Below, piece after piece: positions 1-9,455 of a DNA stretch of 64,000 nt. The notes under the pieces are model-generated. The model was given only the letters and a program-made list of their open reading frames with translations, was not told where the DNA came from and did not search any database. This DNA comes from Heteronotia binoei. Taxonomy: Eukaryota. The DNA is taken from assembly GCF_032191835.1 (NCBI RefSeq), contig NC_083226.1, positions 38,130,001 through 38,194,000 on the forward strand, written 5' to 3'. The translations under genes and the position numbers were made by a program. The first letter of the stretch is position 1. Every line of letters begins with the position of its first letter.

Positions 1-183
1 ATATATATATACACATAGGCACTTATACTAGGAATGAAGGAATACAGAGAAAATAACTCTTGAGCAGCCCAAAAAAAATTGGGGTACATAGCACACTCAT
101 CATTTTTTAAAAACTCCACTCCCTCCCATAAATATATTTTTTTAAAGACTTCATTACCAAAACTAAGGGTTGGTCAACTGGCA

Positions 184-381
184 TAGGGTTGCCTATCCCC
201 AGTTGGGGGCAGGGGATTCCCTGATTTGGAGACCTCTCCCTCCCATCCAGGGGAGGAAACGTCTGCCGGGTACTCCATTATACCCTATGGAGACTGGTTT
301 CCATAGGGTATAATAGAGAATCGATCCATGGGTATCTGGGGCTGTGGGGGGAGCTGTTTTTTGAGGTAGAGGCACCAACTT
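184..381 (+). mobile_element. Truncated TAGGGTTGCC-terminus hAT-type non-autonomous element (left arm only)
   Basis: Begins TAGGGTTGCC. Internal 'ccattataccctatggagactggtttccatagggtataat' and 'ttttttgaggtagaggcacc' are shared with the copies at 5007-5459 and 33556-34343. No right TIR. Confidence 0.65.
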
Positions 382-498
382 TTTGTTGCACTAATGGAAA
401 ATTCAGCATGAATCCTACTCCAGATATTATAAACACGCAACTGCCACCAAAAGCTACAGCAACCTGTTTAGTTCCTTCTCCTGTTCAATAAGCACTTG

Positions 499-696
499 TA
501 GGGTTGCCAAGCTCCAGGTGAGGTCTGAAGTTACAAATGATCTTCTGACTACAGAGACCTGTTCCCCTGGAGACAATAGCAGGGAGTGAACATAACATGA
601 CATCCCTGCCGAGCTCCCTGCCCTCCCGAGACTCTACTTTTCCCAGGTTCTACCCAAAATCTTTAAGAATTTCCCAAACCAGGACTAGCAGACTTA
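499..696 (+). mobile_element. Diverged short TAGGGTTGCC-family MITE
   Basis: TAGGGTTGCC start and the core 'agagacctgttcccctggaga...tttcccaaacc', which recurs many times in the window. Confidence 0.6.
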
Positions 697-1332
697 TTTA
701 TGCCCTGGCATCATGATGTTATTTGATTCTATACCTCTGTGCCACATCAGTGGCTGCTGGTGGTAGACGGCAGGAAACATCATGACATAAGGTGATGAAT
801 ATGTTTAACTATGTGTTACAATGAGGGAAGGGTTGGCTAAATACATTCTTGCCTTTTTTGGCAGAAGCTGTGTGTATATTGTAATACACTAACAGTGAGT
901 GTTGGCAAGTCAGCACTCTGTAAAGGGTTTCTGAATTCACACATACAATATTGCATGTTACTCCTGGGTAAGCGAGACATTGATAAATTCTTGCCATAAC
1001 GTATCAGAGCCTTGGGATACCTGCTCTGAAATCTACAGAAGCCTTAAAGCAAAAATCTTCTCCCCATTTTGCAAAATGCTACATACTAATGGTTTACTAA
1101 GGGAAGACATGCAACTATAATATATAGAAATTAAGTAAATGGTTGCCTGTATCTGCCTTTGGCAAGCTGGTCACCCAATGTCTTGCTGAGTGAGGAGAAA
1201 CTTCACCATGTATCTGTCTAGAATCAGAAATCTGGGGAACTAGAGAGAATGGGCATCCTTCTCCTCATGACATGACCAGGTGAGTGATTAAATGGTTCAA
1301 TGTAATTGCCCCATGTTTCCCTTAGATGAAAG

Positions 1333-1555
1333 ATCTGCAGTTGGAGATGCCAGCTTCCAGGTGGAACCCGGGGATTCCCCAGAATTACAGGTCCTCTCCA
1401 GACTACAAAGATAAGTTCCCCTGGAGAAAATGGCTGCTTTGGAAGGTCTACTGCATGGCATTATACCCTATTGAAGTCCCTCCCCTCCTCAAAACCCTCC
1501 TTCTTCAGGCTGCCCCCCCAAAATCTCTTAAGTGTATTTCCCAGCCCAGAGCTAT
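1333..1555 (+). mobile_element. Core of short TAGGGTTGCC-family MITE
   Basis: 'ttcccctggagaaaatggctgctttggaaggt...atggcattataccct...ccctcccctc...tatttcccagcccagagct' matches the copies at 5660, 36809 and 45810. Confidence 0.65.
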
Positions 1556-1599
1556 ATGCAGTGCAATCCTAAACAGAGTTAATGCCCTTCTAAGTGCGA

Positions 1600-1821
1600 G
1601 CTGGTGTGGTGCAGTGGTTAGTGCACCAGATATAGGACCCAGTTTAAAATCCCCACTCTGTTATGAAAGCTTGCTTGTGAGGTAGGTTATGAAAGCAAGC
1701 TTTCATAGCAGAGTGGGTTAGCAGAGGCAGGTTAGGCCTACCTCACAGTGTTGTGAGGATAAAACAGAGGAGAGGAGAACACTGTAAGCTACTTTAGTTC
1801 CCCAACAGAGAGAAAGATGGG
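1600..1821 (+). mobile_element. tRNA-derived SINE with L2-like 3' tail, diverged
   Basis: tRNA-like head (ggtgtggtgcagtggttag) and 'cctacctcacag..gttgtgagga' tail leading into a tetranucleotide microsatellite. Confidence 0.55.
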
Positions 1822-1885
<64 letters not shown>

Positions 1886-1918
1886 TGACTGACTGACTGA
1901 CTGACTGACTGACTGACT
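1822..1918 (+). repeat. Compound microsatellite (AGAT)n(AGAC)n(TGAC)n
   Basis: Directly visible tandem tetranucleotides. Confidence 0.97.
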
Positions 1919-3009
1919 TCAGGGGTCCTACAAGGGTATAACTGTACTTTAGATTTGCTCTGTAAGATAAACATTTTTGTATGAAAGCACTTTCACACAA
2001 AAAAAAAGTGTAAAAGAAACATTGCTACTTCTTTGAATGCATTTTTGGATTAAAGGTCCTTTTTAACAAACACAGAAAAGAATGTTTCCTGGGTTTACAA
2101 AAGCGTTAGAAGCTACCAAATCCATCATGTACCATCCGCATGCCTATCTAGGCCACAAATCTGCAAATGACTACACTGATCAATGTCATTCATTGTTTTA
2201 TTTCTCTTTGGATATGGGGATGGTGCTTCCGGCTCTTTGCCTTCCATAGCTTCACCTCTGGATGTATGAGTGCATAAAATTCTTTAGACTGAGTCCCTAA
2301 GATCAAATCCAATTCCTGGGTTGTCAGAAAATAGATCCTGTCCGCTCTGTTTTCAACAGAATAAAAAATTGAAAGTGCTATCCTTGACAAAAGCTAACTT
2401 CACATGTAGGAAGAAAAGAGAGTCTAATGCAATTTTTTTTAAAATCACACCTTGTATAGAACAGATGGACAAAAATGGGGAAATTTTATTACGGTACAAG
2501 TTTCTTTCAATCTTTCCTCCTCCCAATATATTATTGATTGGGTCCCCTGGTAACAAATCTATGATTTTTTTCTGTTTGCTGAGTTATCATCTTGAGGAAA
2601 GGAAAGGCTGATAAGAATTCCAGCAGTGCTTTCAAAAGCCATCAATGGAAAGGGAAGACTAGGTCTGATCAAGAGGGAGGAAACATCCCATTGTCACTGG
2701 GACCAAGTTTGCCTATCAACAATGGATAACCCAAAAATGAAAGCACTGGATCCAACAGAAGACAACGTGTTCCTTGCATCCACCCTTTAAGGCCATCTTG
2801 GCCCTGTTTGTAGTTTAACAAATGTACAGTAATCTTCACAAACTTGTACAGAAAGTTTCTAGGTCTCTATGGTTGCCAAACTCCAGGTGGGGACTATAAG
2901 TCTCCCAGCATTACAACTGATCTTCAGATGACAGAGATCAGTTCCACCAGAGAAAATTCCAGCTTCAGGGGTAAAGTCCATGGCACCATGGGGGCGTGGG
3001 GGGAGATTG

Positions 3010-3213
3010 GCTGTCAAGATGCAGCCAACTTATGGTGACCCTGTAGGGTTTTCAGGGCAAGAGAACTTCAGAGGTGGTTTGCCATTGCCTGCCTTTGCAT
3101 AGCAATCCCGGCATTCCTTGGTGGTCTCCCATCCAAACCCTGATCAGGGCCAACCCTTCTTAACTTCCAAGATCTAGATGAGATTGGGCTAACCTGGGCT
3201 ATCCAGGTCAAGG
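3010..3213 (-). mobile_element. 5S rRNA-derived SINE, nested in a TAGGGTTGCC-family MITE (about 2868-3304)
   Basis: 'ggtctcccatccaa...cttaacttccaagatctagatgagattgggct' is the reverse complement of the 5S rRNA internal promoter region. It is joined to a 'gtttgccattgcc' Sauria/BovB-like tail. Confidence 0.75.
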
Positions 3214-4374
3214 CTGTAGAGCTCCTCCCCTTCCCAAACTCCACCCTCATCAGGCTCCATGCCCAAATCTCCAGGCATTTCCCAAACAAGAACTGGGAAC
3301 TCTATCAATCCGTCTTTAGGCTATATTTCAGTTATAAAGAAAGCACTGCATTTTCAGCACCTAACACAAACCCCTACCTGACGCCAACTAATCTGCAGCT
3401 CTATTGGAAAACTAGCAAGACAAATCACATGGTCACTTGAACCCTGTAGGAAAGGCATATTTTCATTATTTGCAATGTTATGAGTTCATTTCCCCACAGA
3501 ACCAATTTACATGAACATTTTTAGAGGACCTCCATTTTGTCACATGAGAAAACAGCAACTATCAGCTGGTGGCTTCATTTTGTAAGGTTATTATCCCAGA
3601 CACATTATCATGGATTGCTCTTCCTTATCACATTCCTGTTTGCTTCCTTTCATTTGCCAGCAAGCCAACACAATAAGAATAAAAGGGGGGGGGGGTAGAG
3701 AATGATATATGATAGCAGATTCCACCATGATAACAATTTGACACAATCAAGCAATAAAATGATAGTGGAAGTTTATCATGCAGGGAAAGACAAAATGTCA
3801 TTGCATAAACTGATTTGGTACATAAGCTCTCCATTTCCTGCTAACAAAGACGAAATTGCATTGCCCATTGCACTTTGTCAAGACTATGGCTGAATTCAGA
3901 TAGCCAATTTGGGCAGATACAGGAATGGCCCACATCCAGATTGAAATGGCACATTCAAACACACACATCTGGCTCATGTCTCGCTCCCACCCGTACCTTG
4001 TCCTCTGCTGTCGCTCTGCCACCTCAAAAAGCTACCAGGTAGTAAGTGGTAGCAAATCACTGACACACTTCTGGGTGCCTTTCCCGGCCGTCTGAATGGC
4101 TGGGGAGCACCAGGGAAGCATCGCTCATGCGCTTGAGAGGTGTGACCGCTCCTCTGAGGCATGTGAAGCCCATCCCTGTCCCAGCAGTGGGCAGTGCACT
4201 GTTTGCCCTTCCCCAGGGCACTTTCCATTAAACTGGCTCTCTTCTGAGATGGGAAGCTGCCGTCCCAAGCTGCCCATCTGTACCCAGCCTATACTACCTT
4301 TGTATGCCATAGCCATGGGAATGTAAATACATCAAACTCATTTTCACAGCTATCTATAGTATTTAAGTATGAAA

Positions 4375-4530
4375 ATAATTGCTCCGACTTGGACAACCCA
4401 GGTGAATATTTGGCTAGGAGACCACCAAGGAAGTCCAGAGTTGTTATAGGCAATAGCAAATCATCTCTTTTCATCACTTGCCTTGAAAACCCTACAGAAG
4501 TTGGCTGTGACTTGATGGCACTTTTCACCC
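4375..4530 (+). mobile_element. Diverged 5S-derived SINE
   Basis: 'ggagaccaccaaggaag...ggcaatagcaaa...cacttgccttgaaaaccc' shows the same head and tail as the copies at 3010, 16118 and 36200. Confidence 0.55.
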
Positions 4531-4557
4531 CCACCAAAGGGGCAACATAGTGGCTTT

Positions 4558-4768
4558 CAGGTTTGCCAGCTGAGGGCTGGGAAATTCCTGGAGCTTTTGA
4601 GGTGGATCTTAGGAAAGGTGGCATTTGGGGAAGGGAGAGAGCTCAGCATGGATGTGATACCATCCAATCCAGCTGCCAAAGCAGCCATTTTTCTCCAGGG
4701 GAAGTGATCTCTGTAAACTGGAGTTTTGGGAGAACTACAGCCTCTACCTGGAAACTGGAAACCCTCCT
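4558..4768 (-). mobile_element. Short TAGGGTTGCC-family MITE
   Basis: Reverse complement of the recurrent core (gcagccattttttctccaggggaagtgatctct). Confidence 0.65.
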
Positions 4769-5006
4769 GACTTCTCATCAGCTCTAGATGTATAACATTA
4801 GTGGGTACATTTACTCATTAAATACTGCTGCACTCAGAAGGCACAGCAGCAGCAGCCAGCTGGCTGGCTTTTTCACACAGCAGCCTCTGAGCATGAACAG
4901 ACTACATGAACAGTGAGATTTCTGAATACCATAGCAAAATCCTTTAAATTCACATTGTGGAGTATCAGTGTGATGTAATAGATAGTGTTCTGGACTTGGA
5001 CTGGGG

Positions 5007-5459
5007 TAGAGTTACCAAGTCTGACTCAAGAAATTTCTGGGGACTTTGGGAGTAGAACCAGGAAACTTTGGAGGTGGAGCCGGGAGCAAGATTGTACCTG
5101 GCCATCACATTTAAAGGAACCGAGTTCCTTTTGAATACCCTCCTTCCATTGGAAATAATGGAGGATGGGGGCACCTTCTTTTGGGGCTCATATAATTGGT
5201 CCCCCTAGTCCAATCTTTTTTAAAGGGGAGAGGGGAAGAGGCATTAGATGCCATGCCAAACATTTGGTCCCTCTACCTCAAAAAACACCCCCAGAGCCCC
5301 AGATGTCCACAGATAAATTTTCCAGTTTCCATAGGGTATAATGGAGTGCTCTGTGGACATTTCCCCCTCCCACACACACACTTTCTGATAACTCTGAAGC
5401 GGGGGGAGGGCTCCCAAACCAGGGGATCTCCTGCCCCGAACTGGGGATTGGCAACCCTA
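5007..5459 (-). mobile_element. hAT-type MITE with 8-bp TSD
   Basis: Termini TAGAGTTACC / GGCAACCCTA. Flanks GACTGGGG (4999-5006) and GGCTGGGG (5460-5467) match at 7/8 positions. Confidence 0.8.
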
Positions 5460-5659
5460 GGCTGGGGAGATCCAAGTTCAGATTCTGCTCAACCATGAAG
5501 CTAAATTGAATGGCATTTATTTATTCTGTTAGTTAATTCATTTATGCTCTGTTTTTCTTCCCAATAGGGACAGAAGTGGCTTATCACATCTTTCCCCTTG
5601 CCTCCATTTTATCTTCACAACAACCTTGTGAGGTAGGTTAATTTTAGAGCATGTGACAG

Positions 5660-5847
5660 GCGCAAGGTGGTGGCTGGAGATCTCCCACTATTACAACTGA
5701 TCTCCAGACAACAGAGATCTGTTCCTCTGAAAAGGTGGACTCTATGGCATTATATCCTATTGAAGTCCTTTCCCCTCCCGAAACCATGCCTCCCTCAGGC
5801 TCCACCCCCAAAATATCCAGATATTTCCCAGCCCAGAGCTGACAACT
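5660..5847 (+). mobile_element. Short TAGGGTTGCC-family MITE core
   Basis: 'gatctccagacaacagagatctgttcctctg...ggactctatggcattata...cccagagctgacaactcta'. Confidence 0.65.
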
Positions 5848-7982
5848 CTACCAAGGCGACCCAGCAGTTTCCACAGCCAACAGGGCATTTGAACACGGGT
5901 CTCCCATATTCTACTCCAGCACTAAGCACTACACCATACTGGGCCAAACAGCCTCTCTCAGCCAAAATTACCTCACAGGGTTGTTGTGCGAGTATAAAGT
6001 GATGTGGAGGAGAAGATGTATGCTGACCTGAGCACTTTGGAGGCATAAAATATAATAACATAATTTAAAAAAAAAAACAGGGATGTCAAAAATACCTTCT
6101 TTTTCTGTCCTTGGCTATTCAAAGCTTGGCAGCTAAATTCTTGTCACTGCAGAAAAGCAGGAACATCTTGTTCAAAATTATGAAGGGGCATGGCTTTGGG
6201 AGGAGCACAATATCAAGAATGGATATGTTCCTGGCAATAGGAGCAGCAGCCAAGCTACCAAACTGCAGCCAGTTGAACATTTCCAAAATTACCCCAGCCT
6301 TTCCACAGAACTAACTAGACTTCAAAATGCTCCAAGCTCAGTTTTGTCAGTGGACTTAACTGAAGGCCTTGTGCTTCTTTTTATGCTTTGATAGATAAGG
6401 TGGTAAATTAGATGAAAATAGCTTGCCAGGCTCATCTATGGCTGCTCCCTGGAGTTGCCAGGTCTGTGTTGGAAAATACCTGGAGATTTTGGGGGTTGAT
6501 CCCCTTTGGGGAGGGAAGGGACATCAGTTTTACTGGGTTGCCATAAGTCACCACTAGGTAATGTTTAGCAGCACATTATTCCAGATATGAGGAGGGATGC
6601 TGCCATCCATCAAGGCACCAGAACCAAGTAAAACACATAACAGAAATCTAGATTTGGGCAACAGAACTGGAGAATATAAAGGACAATTTACTTATGCCAC
6701 GGTGACAACCCTTATTTACAGAGTTGCCACGTCCTACCTGGCTACAGGCAGGGGGTCCTCTCTGGGATCTTCTGCAATGCTTGCAAAGCACACAGGGTGC
6801 AATGATGCCACCCAGAAGTCATGTTGTCATGTTGCTGAAATCAGGGGGTGGGGGTTGGCTCTAGTTGTTAGGCCGAACTCTATGGTTTGTAGCTGATTTA
6901 ACCATAGAGTTTTGCCCCAAAACTAGAGCGTCACTGCACATCAGTGATGTGATGACATCACTTCCGAGTAACATCATCACATCACCTTTCAGGCCAGTTG
7001 GGGGCAGGATTTCCTCCACTGACCAGTGCCCCACAAACCTGGAGGTGCTGCTGCCCCAGTGGGGGTCTGGTTACCCAACTTGTTTAGGTACATACCAGAC
7101 ATAGTAACTTGGGACATTTGGAAACTTTTAAAAATATGTAACTTTGTTGCTGTTGTTGGGGGGGAAATTGAAAACAATTCTAGGCAAATTGTCCTTTACT
7201 CCACAGCTACCCAAGCAAGCAATTAAAAGATCAGAGAACCAGTTCTGGGAAGCAGAATAGATTAAATGTGGAATCTGTATAATGAGGTGGCAACAATTTT
7301 TTTTTTTTTAACTCTGGCTGGATAGGCCAGACATATGGAAGTTAGATAGGGTTTCAGGAGACAGATGCATGTTTATGAGTTCATACTGAGTTAACTACAA
7401 AGCTTGAGGTTTTGCCAACATTTTGGAATACACAGGCAAACAATCTGGCTTATACTAAGCAAGACTCGCGATCCATTGAGGTTAGTATTATCCACTCATA
7501 CTGGCAGCAGCTCTCCAGGGTTTTAGGCTGAGGTCTTTCGTATCAACTACTATCTGATCTTTTCAACTGGAGATGTCAGGGGTTGAACCTAGAGCCTTCT
7601 CAGTAACAAGATCCATCACTGAGCTATGATTCCTCCCCATTACTTTTGAGAGAAGCAATGCTTTCCAGAAGAACTGAGGTTTTAAATACATGCTCTCATA
7701 TCACTGGTTAAATAGGCTGTTTTTCTTTGATCAACCACTAAGCCACAGTGTGGCATAATGGTTAAGTGCATGGACTCTTATCTGGGAGAACCAGGTTTGA
7801 TTCCCCACTCCTCCACTTGCAGCTGCTGGACTGGCCTTGGGTCAGCCACAGCTCTCACAGAGCTGTCCTTAGGGTGGCCAGATCGTCCCGCCCACCCGGG
7901 AAAGTCCCGCCCCTGCCCCCAAATTCCCGCCTCACGGGTTGGCTAACCCGGGACCACTGAAATCCCGGGTTCGCCAAAATCC

Positions 7983-8387
7983 CGAGGAGGAGTTGGAGGA
8001 GGAGGAAGATCTGGAAGAGGAGTTGGAGTTGGAGGAGGACTGGAGGAAGATCTGGAGGCGGAGGAGGAGTTGGAGGAGGAGGAAGCCCTGGCGGGGCTCT
8101 TCGGCTGCAGCGCATGCCGGGGCTTCCCGCTGGAGCCGGTGGTGGCGTCGTGCGGCCACGTGTTCTGCCGGCACTGCCTGGTGCATGGGGGCGCTACTGC
8201 AGCGTGTGCCGCACGCGGCTGGTGCGAAGGCCTCCTCCCGCCGTGGCCGTGCAGCTGAGCCGCCTAGCCAAGCGCTGCTTCCCGCGCCACTCCCGCAGGG
8301 CGCCCACCTGGCAGCACCTCCGACGCCTCCTCGACCAGCGCCGCTTCCCCGAAGCCGCCGAGGCAGCCACTCGCGCCCTGCGAGACG
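7983..8387 (+). pseudogene. LONRF1: Captured, frameshifted fragment of a LONRF1-like exon (acidic tract, RING-HC finger and start of the TPR-like helix)
   Basis: Joining frames gives EEELEEEE...ALAGLFGCSACRGFPLEPVVASCGHVFCRHCLVHG/GRYCSVCRTRLVRRPPPAVAVQLSRLAKRCFPRHSRRAPTWQHLRRLLDQRRFPEAAEAATRALRD. This has C3HC4 spacing and resembles LONRF1 as recalled from memory (CRGFLSEPVTVPCGHSYCRRCL...VVLNHLAEKWFP...LGELLHQGRYREALAAACEALR). Apparent 1-bp deletions lie near 8040 and in the G-run 8187-8191. The exact paralogue is uncertain. Confidence 0.65.
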
Positions 8388-8475
8388 TTAAGCCCCCCCC
8401 GAGGAAGGCAGGCAGGCAGGGAGGGAGGGGGCTGAAAGCGGGGGCGGGGCGGCTGGCGGGAGGGGGCAGCCGGCC

Positions 8476-8558
8476 TTCCTTCCTTCCTTCCCTCCCTCCC
8501 TCCCTCCCTCCTTCCTTCCTTCCTTCCTTCCCTCCCTCTTTCCCTCCCTCCCTCCCTC
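8476..8558 (+). repeat. (TTCC)n/(CCCT)n microsatellite inside the element
   Basis: Directly visible. Confidence 0.9.
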
Positions 8559-8670
8559 ATTTGGGGGAAATGATGTCACATGAAGTGATGTCACTTCCTG
8601 CTTCTGGCAGGTGGCACGGGGGAAACGATGTCACAGGAAGTGATGTCACTTCCTGTTTCCGGTGGTGGCA

Positions 8671-8699
8671 TGACGTCACCGGAAGTGACGTCACTTCCT
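8671..8699. promoter_or_regulatory. CRE plus ETS-CRE-ETS palindrome (CCGGAAGTGACGTCA at 8679-8693)
   Basis: TGACGTCA occurs at 8671-8678 and 8686-8693. GGAAGTGACGTCACTTCC (8681-8698) is a perfect 18-bp palindrome. Function not shown. Confidence 0.5.
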
Positions 8700-8851
8700 G
8701 TTTGCGGCGGCGCGCGCTTTGCGCACGCACACACACACATTCATTCCCCTCTCAAGGTGTCCCTGGCTGGCCTGCAGATATTATGGCCACCCTAGCTGTC
8801 CTTGAAAGGGCAGCTTCTGGGAGAGCTCTCTCAGCCTCACCTACCTCACAG

Positions 8852-9020
8852 CTGTGGAGTCTTAAAAGCAAAAATTCTATTTTGGGAGCTACTGGCATTA
8901 AAGTTGTGAGCAACCAATTTGGCTACTACATAAATCAGTTTGCTCTGGAGTCATCCTGAGCTAAGACAGAGGCTAAAAAACTGTGAGCTAGCTCACTAAC
9001 TCAGCTTAGAGGGAGCACTG
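8852..9020 (-). mobile_element. CAGTGTTCCCTCTAA-type MITE with one terminus deleted
   Basis: Ends 'cttagagggagcactg' and is colinear in reverse with 41830-42035. CTCACAG flanks both sides (8845-8851 and 9021-9027). Confidence 0.75.
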
Positions 9021-9369
9021 CTCACAGGGTGTCTGTTGTGGGGGAGAAAGGTAAAGGAGATTGTAAACCACTCTGAGACTCCAATACCACCATCTCCTCC
9101 TCCTTCTCCTTTTACTACTACTACTACCATCACCACCACCACTTCTACTACTGCTACTACTAATGCTTCCCAAAAGTAGTCAAAGGCTTTTTCAACATTT
9201 AAGGGTCAAAGAGAACAGACACTGTGTGGCTATCTTTGCCTTGTGATTGACATTCAAAGTATCCAGCAGACATGGGAACAATACTTGCAATGGACAGAAT
9301 GGACACATCCATATTATTATTCAACTAATAAGTTATTATGGACTGTGAAGATTTTTGCATCGTGATTGA

Positions 9370-9424
9370 ACAAAGCCACCCTGAGCCTGTTCTACAGGAA
9401 GGGTGAGCTAAAAATTGAATAAAA

Positions 9425-9455
<31 letters not shown>
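9370..9455 (+). repeat. L2-like 3' tail ending in an (AAAT)n microsatellite
   Basis: 'aagccaccctgagcct...gggtgagctaaaaattgaataaaataaat...'. Confidence 0.6.

Larger units (their letters stand above)
7870..8794 (+). mobile_element. Non-autonomous hAT-type DNA transposon carrying a captured gene fragment (Pack-TE-like)
   Basis: Perfect 11-bp TIR TAGGGTGGCCA (7870-7880) / TGGCCACCCTA (8784-8794). Perfect 8-bp TSD GCTGTCCT (7862-7869 and 8795-8802). No transposase ORF. Confidence 0.92.
7741..9083 (+). mobile_element. tRNA-derived SINE with L2-like tail, split by two nested hAT-type insertions
   Basis: Segments 7741-7869, 8795-8851 and 9021-9083 join into a sequence colinear with the uninterrupted copy at 59402-59675. 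Confidence 0.85.

Noticed and set aside
2321-2420. LRR-like peptide NKKLKVLSLTKANF after a plausible acceptor
   Set aside because: One isolated partial motif with no good donor or neighbouring exons.
7939-8959. ORFs of 150 aa and 281 aa as a functional LONRF or novel gene
   Set aside because: No true start codon, two frameshifts, read-through into microsatellite and TIR sequence, and the whole region is bounded by TIRs and a TSD. Treated as captured cargo.
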